Below, one piece after another: positions 56,971 to 64,000 of a DNA stretch of 64,000 nt. Made by a program: the position numbers and the translations under genes. Position 1 is the first letter of the stretch; each line of letters opens with the position of its first letter. The notes beneath the pieces were generated by a model that had not been told where the DNA came from, did not search any database, and saw only the letters and a program-made list of their open reading frames with translations. Source of the DNA: Eledone cirrhosa (taxonomy: Eukaryota); contig OZ024743.1 in the NCBI GenBank assembly GCA_964016885.1, positions 308,822,001-308,886,000 on the forward strand, written 5' to 3'.

Positions 56971-57008
56971 ATAGTATATATATATATATATATATATATA
57001 ATACATAC

Positions 57009-57042
<34 letters not shown>

Positions 57043-57492
57043 ATATATATATATATATAATATATATATATATATATAATATATTATATATATTATATAT
57101 ATATATATATAATATATATATATATATAATATATATATATATAATATATATATATAATACATATATATATATAATATATATATAGATATATATAATATAT
57201 ATATAATACATATATATATATATAATACATATATATATATAATACATATATATATATATAATATATATATATATATATAATACATATATATAATACATAT
57301 ATATAATATATATATATATATAATACATATATATATATATATTGTTATACTTTGGGAGGGTCTTGTTGCCAATAAGAAACACACGCACCAGATGCTTTCA
57401 CTTCATTCTATTATAATAAATTTTTTAATTTAGGAATTTATAAATTTCCGGTTGGTTGGTTGGTTCCACAACCAGATGGTTGTTTATATATT

Positions 57493-57535
57493 GTCAAAGT
57501 TCTTTCGTCACATAGTTTGTGACCTCTTCAGTGAC
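57493..57535 (-). ncRNA. Candidate minimal hammerhead motif in a PLE-like pseudo-LTR (about 57343-57560)
   Basis: Minus strand GTCA-CTGAAGA-G-GTCACA-AACTA-TGTGAC-GAAA-GAACTT-TGAC. Confidence 0.55.
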
Positions 57536-57603
57536 TGGGGATTCTTTTCTCTGTTTTTTGTGCCTCTCCTTTGTTCTGTGCTCATGAGGACAGAGCAAAT
57601 GAG

Positions 57604-57938
57604 AGGCACATGGCTTAGTGGTTAGAGCATTGGCCTTGCAATCGAAAGGCTGTGAGTTCAATTCTCAGAGCGGGTGATGTGTTGTTTCCTTGAGCAAGGC
57701 ACTTTATTTCATATTGCTCCAGTTTACTTAGCTGTAGAAATGAGATCATAGGGACTGAGGTCCCTATCATTCCACTGCAAAGTGGTTGTGTAGGTGCCAC
57801 GACAAAAAAGCACCCAGCACTCACTGTAAATGAGGTTGGACGTTAGGAAGGGCATCCAGCTGTAGAAATCAAGCCAGAATCAGTTCCCGTCCCACCCTTG
57901 CAAGCAGGGAAAAAGTGGACATAAAATGAAATGATGAT
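57604..57938 (+). mobile_element. SINE-1 copy
   Basis: Full length: A/B boxes, CORE-like middle, module and RTE-C tail. Confidence 0.92.
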
Positions 57939-57964
57939 ATATGTGATATATATATATATAATAC

Positions 57965-58000
<36 letters not shown>

Positions 58001-58489
58001 ATATTTAGTTATGTAATAAACAACATAAGATAATTATTTCATTTACCACTGGTTTCTTGAAGTCAGATGTTGTGTCTGTCTACAGTCACCATCCACCACT
58101 ACCAGCCACCACCTCCACCACTACCAGCACCATCACTGACATCATCCATCACTGGCACCATCCACCACCACCATTCACCTTCATCATTACCAGTGTAAAG
58201 CAAACAATTATTATTATTATATAAAACCTGAACTGGACTGGGAAAAGTCAACAGTTGACATGATTTAGATTTTGTATCACTACTGCCGGTAATATATATA
58301 TATATGTGTGTGTGTGTGTGAGTGGTGTGTGTGTTTGTATGCATGAATGAGTGTTGGTGTGTGAGTGGCGTGTGTGTTTGTAGTTTGTATGCATGAGTGT
58401 TGGTGTGTGAGTGTGTGCGCGTGTCGTGTCAAAGTGTTTTTTGTTTTATTTTTATTTTTTTTATGACCATGCTGGAAAATGGAGGGGTA

Positions 58490-60697
58490 GAGAGCACCCG
58501 TGAGTCGAATAAGACATCCCCTCTAGTGCTGGTGGCACAAATAAAAGCACCCAGTCCATGCTGTAAAGTGGCGCTGGTGTTATGAAGGGCATCCAACCAG
58601 TGTGTCAATGCCAAAACGGTTATCAGCACAGCAAAAATAGGAACAACAACAAAATATGAAGACGTTGCATCTCAGAGTTGCAACACTTAATGTTGGCACT
58701 CTCAGAGGTAGATCTGCTGAAATGGAGAGGTGCCTCTGCGAGACTAGTCGTAGGTAAACATCTTAGCTATAAGCTTTTCTGGGTAGGTAAGGATAATGGG
58801 TTAGGGGGAGTAGGCATTTTCCTGGCTGAGAGATGGATCAATAAGACAATAGAGGCAGTTCGAGTTAGTAATCGTATAATTAAGCTTAGATTAGTTGTAG
58901 GCAGGAGACTACTGACAATCATCTCTGCTTATGCTCCCCAAGCAGGCCTAGGCAAAGATGAGAAAGACTGCTTTTACGAGCAACTTTTACAAACAAACAC
59001 AATGACAGAGGACGGAGACATTGTTATGCTAGCAGGGGACTTCAATGGTCATGTTGGACAGCTCCAGGATGGTTACACTGGTGGGCACAGTTACGGCTCA
59101 AGAAATGAAGGAAGAGTGAGACTTCTTGAATTTTGTGATGCAAGTACACTGACTATTTGCAACACAGACTTCCAGAAACCTGCCAATCACCTAATAACCT
59201 ACAAATCTGGCGAGCACATAAGCCAGATTGACTTCTTACTAGTTAGGCAGCGGGACAGGCAGATAGTGTCTAATACCAAGGCATACCCTGGGGAAGAATG
59301 TATCCCACAGCATAGGTTAGTCGTTAGTGATATATCAGTAAGCAAGAGATGGAATGAGACATACAGGAAGGTGTGGAGAAGAAAAGTCTGGCTAAAAGAC
59401 CTTTCACTAAAATACAAATTTAGGAAAGCCCTTCAAGATGTATATGGCGAAAAAGAAAACGATTTAGAGACGTATGACATAGATAATAACTGGAATTTCT
59501 TACGTGACAATTTGTTGCAGGCTACTGATGAAACTTGTGGCTGGAGCAAAGCTCCAACCAGACAGAGAGTGACCTGGTGGTGGAACAGCACAGTAGATAA
59601 GGCCATTAGAGACAAAAGAGTAGCATGGAAAGCTTGGAAAAAGGGTGGGAGTAGCGTAGAATTATAGGGGTATAAAACTGATGGATCAGGTTATGAAAGT
59701 GGCAGAAAGGATATTAGCACAACTAATTAGAGAAAGGGTCAAACTAGATGAGATGCAGTTTGGTTTTGTGCCTGGGAAGAGTACAACAGATGCCCTCTTC
59801 TTGGTGAGACAATTGCAAGAGAGGTTCTTAGAGAAAAATAAGCCACTATATTTAGCCTTTGTTGACCTAGAGAAGGCCTTTGATAGGGTACCCCGATATG
59901 TCATCTGGTGGTCCCTAAGGAAACTAGGTGTTGAGGAATGGCTTGTGAGGACAGTGCAAACTTTGTACAGAGGTGCTGTAAGTAAAGTCTTGGTAGGAAT
60001 GGAGTTTAGTGAGGAAATACAGATACAAGTAGGAGTACATCAAGGTTCGGTCCTCAGCCCACTCTTGTTTATTATAGTCCTCCAAGCCATAACAGAGGAG
60101 TTTAAGACTGGCTGTCCATGGGAACTTCTCTATGCTGACGATCTGGTTCTTATAGCAGAATCAGTAGAGGAGCTAGAGAATAAATTCTGGCTATGGAAAC
60201 AGCAGTTGGAAGCAAGAGGACTGAGAGTGAGCCTAGCTAAGACAATAGTGTTGATGAGTAGAAAAGAGAACAAAACTCTGATTCCGTCAGGGAAATGGCC
60301 ATGTTCGATATGCAGAAAAGGAACTGGCATAAATTCTATAAAATGCACACAATGCAGATCCTGGGTACACAAGAGATGTAGCGGGATAGCAGGAAAACTA
60401 ACAGGTAGGGAGAAATATGTATGCAGTAGATGTACAGGGAAATTAGACAGTAGAAGTCGCATTGATAGACACATTTTTCATATGCAGGAGGGTGCTATAG
60501 AAGTGGTGGATAGCTTCCGGTACCTAGGAGATCAGATTAGCATGGGAGGAGGGTGTTCTGAGGCTATAGTATCTAGAATAAGGACGGGTTGGAAGAAGTT
60601 TAGGGAGCTGCTTCCTCTGCTGACGAAGAAGGGTTTCTCCCTGCGTACGAAAGGCCGGTTGTATGATGCCTGTGTGAGGAGCGCGATGCTGCATGGT
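58490..60697 (+). mobile_element. RTE family C with 5' leader and APE endonuclease; internal deletions, 3'-truncated
   Basis: ATG at 58656, MKTLHLRVATLNVGTL, then ISAYAPQ, AGDFNGHVG, SQIDF and PQHRLV. Deletions near 58720 and 59655. RT with YADD and the C4HC3 insert. Confidence 0.95.
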
Positions 60698-61239
60698 ATA
60701 TATATATATATAAGTTTAACACTATATATATGATGATGATATATCTCCAAACCATGTTATCATGGGAAATAATTAAAAAGACTGGTTTAATATTACTGAG
60801 AATGAAAATATTACTGACCGAATATATCAAAGTATTCAAAATGAATTCCTAATGATATTATAATGCTATTATAATGACTCAGTCCACTAGAGATGTGGGC
60901 CAGCCACCATCAGAGCCCCCATTTGCTTATAATAGTGAGAGATGAGGTGCAACATGGAGGCAGTGACAGTGGGAGTGTGGTTCTCTTGTGCTTGGACCTG
61001 GTGTATATGTATATTTACCACACCACAGCTGTATGACCAATCAATACAAAGAACATATATAAAAGGTTAAGTCACATGTCATTTTTGTGTTGCTTGATTC
61101 TCACCCCCCTCTCTCTCCCTTATACTGAAAGGAGAAAACAGTGATTGAAATTGAGTGAAAGGTAGATAAGATAGATAAAGATAAGTGTGTATGTGATAGA
61201 GAGAGAGAGAGTTATCTGTCAGCAAACAGTAGGCTTAAA

Positions 61240-61372
61240 GATAATTGTTTCTACTTTTGGCACAAGGCCAGCAATTACCCAGTGCATTACTGGTACTTTA
61301 TTTTATCGACCCCGTAAGGATGAAAGGCAAAGTCAACCTCGGCGGGATTTGAACTCAGAACGTTAAGGGACG
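61240..61372 (-). mobile_element. SINE-2 (Nin-type) copy
   Basis: Reverse complement of 62525-62655. Confidence 0.85.
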
Positions 61373-61699
61373 TAACTATGCAAAGATAATGAACTATAAG
61401 GGATGCAAGAAAGTTCAAAAAGGATTGAGACAACACAAGAAAAGAAAGGTAGAAATATAGACAGGGTGCTGCAACAGAGAGCTGGGACAGGAGGGAAGGC
61501 ACTGTAGTAAAATAAAGAGGGGACAGGTGGGGGTTAGACAATGTTGTAAAATAACAGAGGGGACAGTTGAGTGGAGAGGCAGCAAATAAAGAGGGAACTG
61601 GTGGGTGGAGAGGCAATGTAGTAAAATACAAAGGTATTGAGGGTGAGCAAAGGTTAGAAAGTGAAATTGATGTTTGCAAGAGATATTGTGGAACCATGT

Positions 61700-61737
<38 letters not shown>

Positions 61738-62210
61738 TAAAGATATGTACATATATACAAAATATATGTCATGTCTATTTTTCATGCTTGCATGGATTAG
61801 ACAATACCCCCCCCCCCCTCTCTCTCTCTTTCTATATATATATATATATATATCATCATCATCATCACCATTCCTCACATCAATACTTTTAGCTATTTAT
61901 TATGACACACAGGGATATGGTGTATCCATTCTGAACCAGATACACAGTGCATATATGTGTGTATATACATGCACAAGCACACACACAGAAATAAAGCATA
62001 CAAAGATATATGTGTATACTTTCTATATATTATAATCATTTTCTCTTTCTTTCGACACATACTCACGTGCACACATATACGTATATGCTTACTTTCTACA
62101 CACACACACACATATTCCTACACACATACATATATAGAGAGAAAGGAAATAAGGAAGTATGTGGTAAGGCAATGAGAGTAATGAAAAATTATGAGTGGAA
62201 GTAAAAAAAA

Positions 62211-63004
62211 TAAAAAGTAACAAGAATAATGTGAAATATTGCTTGAAGCAAAAACATGAAGAATTACTGAAAGGATTCAGAAATAAACCCATGTCAATTT
62301 TAATCAGTACTATAGTATCATCAACATATCTTTGCCTGCATGGATTTGTCAACATAGCCTCCTGCCAATCTTTGCATTCCTTTATGATTTCCTGCATTAA
62401 CACTTTAGCATTTGCATTAATTTTCAAACGTCATGCTTATCTGTTAGCTGAATTAATCATAAGGCGGTGGATTGGCAGTATCGGTAGAGGGTCTGACGCC
62501 ATGCTTTGCAGCAAAGAGTTACGGCCCTTTATGGTCTGAGTTCAAATCCCGCCATGGTTAACTTTGCCTTTCATCCTTACGGGGTCGATAAAATAAAGTA
62601 CCAGTAATACACTGGGATAATTGCTGGCCTTGTGCCAAATGTAGAAACAATTATTTTGAGTTAATCATACTCAAGAGGGTTATCAATTTTATTTGTTTGT
62701 AATTTTCTTAATTTTCTATGTGCAGGCTTGAAATTTTGTCAGTAGATGTTTAAATATCAATAATTTACAATTATATAATTTTGACGTTTGAAAATTAATG
62801 CAAATGCTAAAGTGTTAATGCAGGAAATCATAAAGGAATGCAAAGATTGGCAGGAGGCTATGTTGACAAATCCATGCAGGCAAGGATATGTTGATGATAC
62901 TATAGTACTGATTAAAATTGACAAGGGTTTATTTCTGAATCCTTTCAGTAATTCTTCATGTTTTTGCTTCAAGCAATATTTCACATTATTCTTGTTACTT
63001 TTTA
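62211..63004. repeat. 223-bp inverted duplication (62211-62433 / 62782-63004) including a piggyBac-type TIR
   Basis: The arms differ at two positions that I could see. Each contains TTAA-CACTTTAGCATTTGCATTA. Confidence 0.9.
62462..62656 (+). mobile_element. SINE-2 (Nin-type), full length
   Basis: tRNA-like head with GAGTTCAAATCC, GCCTTTCATCCTTACGGGGTCGATAAAATAAAGTACCAG and an ATT tail. Confidence 0.88.
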
Positions 63005-63039
63005 ATTTGACTTTTATGGGCAGGTGAAATGAGTTAATA

Positions 63040-63879
63040 AGGGCATTTGACGTATCTACCAGGTGCAAATACTGGTTTAATTATAAATACATTGTTTTCG
63101 GCATAATAAACCTTATATCAGTGTTCCAGTAATTCCACAGTCTTGGAAATTGTTTTATACCGAACATAATATTTACGGTAAAAAATGCTTGCATTTCCGC
63201 AACATCTGTCGATCGCCAAACAGATCTGGTTTTCCTCGATTTGAAATCTGTTGTTGGGCATATTGATTAATCTCTTCTGCCACAACTTCGAAGAAAGTTT
63301 GTGGTAAAAACAAAAAGAAATGATCCAGTGCTCTAGTATCGGGAGCTAATGTGTGTTGTGGACCAGTATTTTGAATAAAATTGGGAACATATATTAGTGT
63401 GATATTTTTCAACCACATTGCTGTAATATTTTCAATGCCGTCCTGGAGATCTCCTTCGTATTCACTTTCAAAACAATCATCGTCAGACGAAATTTCAGAA
63501 ATATAAACATCGGATTCATTTGAAGATAAATTACTAATATTATTGTTTGTTTCTTGTTTATTCTGAATGTCGTCGTGTGTAAAACCTTCAAAGTCGGTAT
63601 CGCTACTTTCATAAGCCATGTTGATACAAAAAAAAAATTTGTCCTACTTTCAAAGTAAAAAAAAAACACTTGTTGTTTTCAGTTGTTTCACTATATTCAG
63701 TGTTAATTTTCCCGGTAACGGCCTAATCTCGCAGTAATCTCGAATTGACGAGATTTTGATGATGGTTTGTTTATTTTTAGAACAATTTTTTTTTAGTGTG
63801 GGTGTTATCGGGTGATTTCAGGCGGTTTGAACAAATGACGGGGAAATAATTTTGGCCGGTTTGAACACTAAAGGGTTAA
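63040..63879 (-). mobile_element. piggyBac DNA transposon: left end plus truncated transposase N-terminus
   Basis: TTAA-CCCTTTAG end at 63879-63868. ORF 63619-63173 has an acidic N-terminus, then F..TGP..DHFFLFL..VAEEINQYAQQ, typical of piggyBac transposases. Frameshifted and truncated. Confidence 0.85.
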
Positions 63880-64000
63880 TGATAATTCTGTAAATGCTAA
63901 TACTATTGGTACTGTCCATTACTTCTCCAGTATTACAAGAGAAAATAACACTTTCAGCAGTGACCTGTGCTTCCCTCTTGTGGTTCCTACCAATATATAG

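Noticed and set aside
60740-60860. LSWEIIKK resembling a PLE GIY-YIG C-terminus
   Set aside because: Too short and degenerate to support a call.
62788-63027. YVDDT motif suggesting a Penelope RT (also 62089-62427)
   Set aside because: No flanking RT motifs. The ORF starts inside a piggyBac TIR and is probably chance.

Overview
This is AT-rich eukaryotic DNA, most likely an octopus/cephalopod (inferred from the repeat types). It is almost entirely intronic or intergenic and dominated by transposable elements. Two dense nests (about 0.2-14.2 kb and 40.4-60.7 kb) hold mostly 5'-truncated RTE-clade LINEs of three families (here A, B, C; all with (TGA)n tails) inside long (TA)n/(TATG)n microsatellites. 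They also hold an R4/Dong-type REL-endonuclease LINE, a processed MAK16 pseudogene and Penelope-like fragments with hammerhead-type motifs. The middle holds a decayed Tx1/L1-type LINE, two tRNA-derived SINE families, TTAA-ended MITEs, minisatellites and one possible host exon. The right end has a truncated, rearranged piggyBac. Most long Y/I/M/C/H/T-rich ORFs in the track are microsatellite artefacts. Four observations stand out. (1) A C4HC3 PHD-type finger sits inside the RT domain of all three RTE families. (2) A perfect 206-bp-arm palindrome carries a hammerhead-like motif on each strand. (3) A covarying hairpin+pseudoknot RNA module is repeated in LINE 3'UTRs, a SINE body and a LINE 5' leader. 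(4) Three independent tail-to-tail LINE pairs occur. All structures and alignments were done by eye, and boundaries are approximate.
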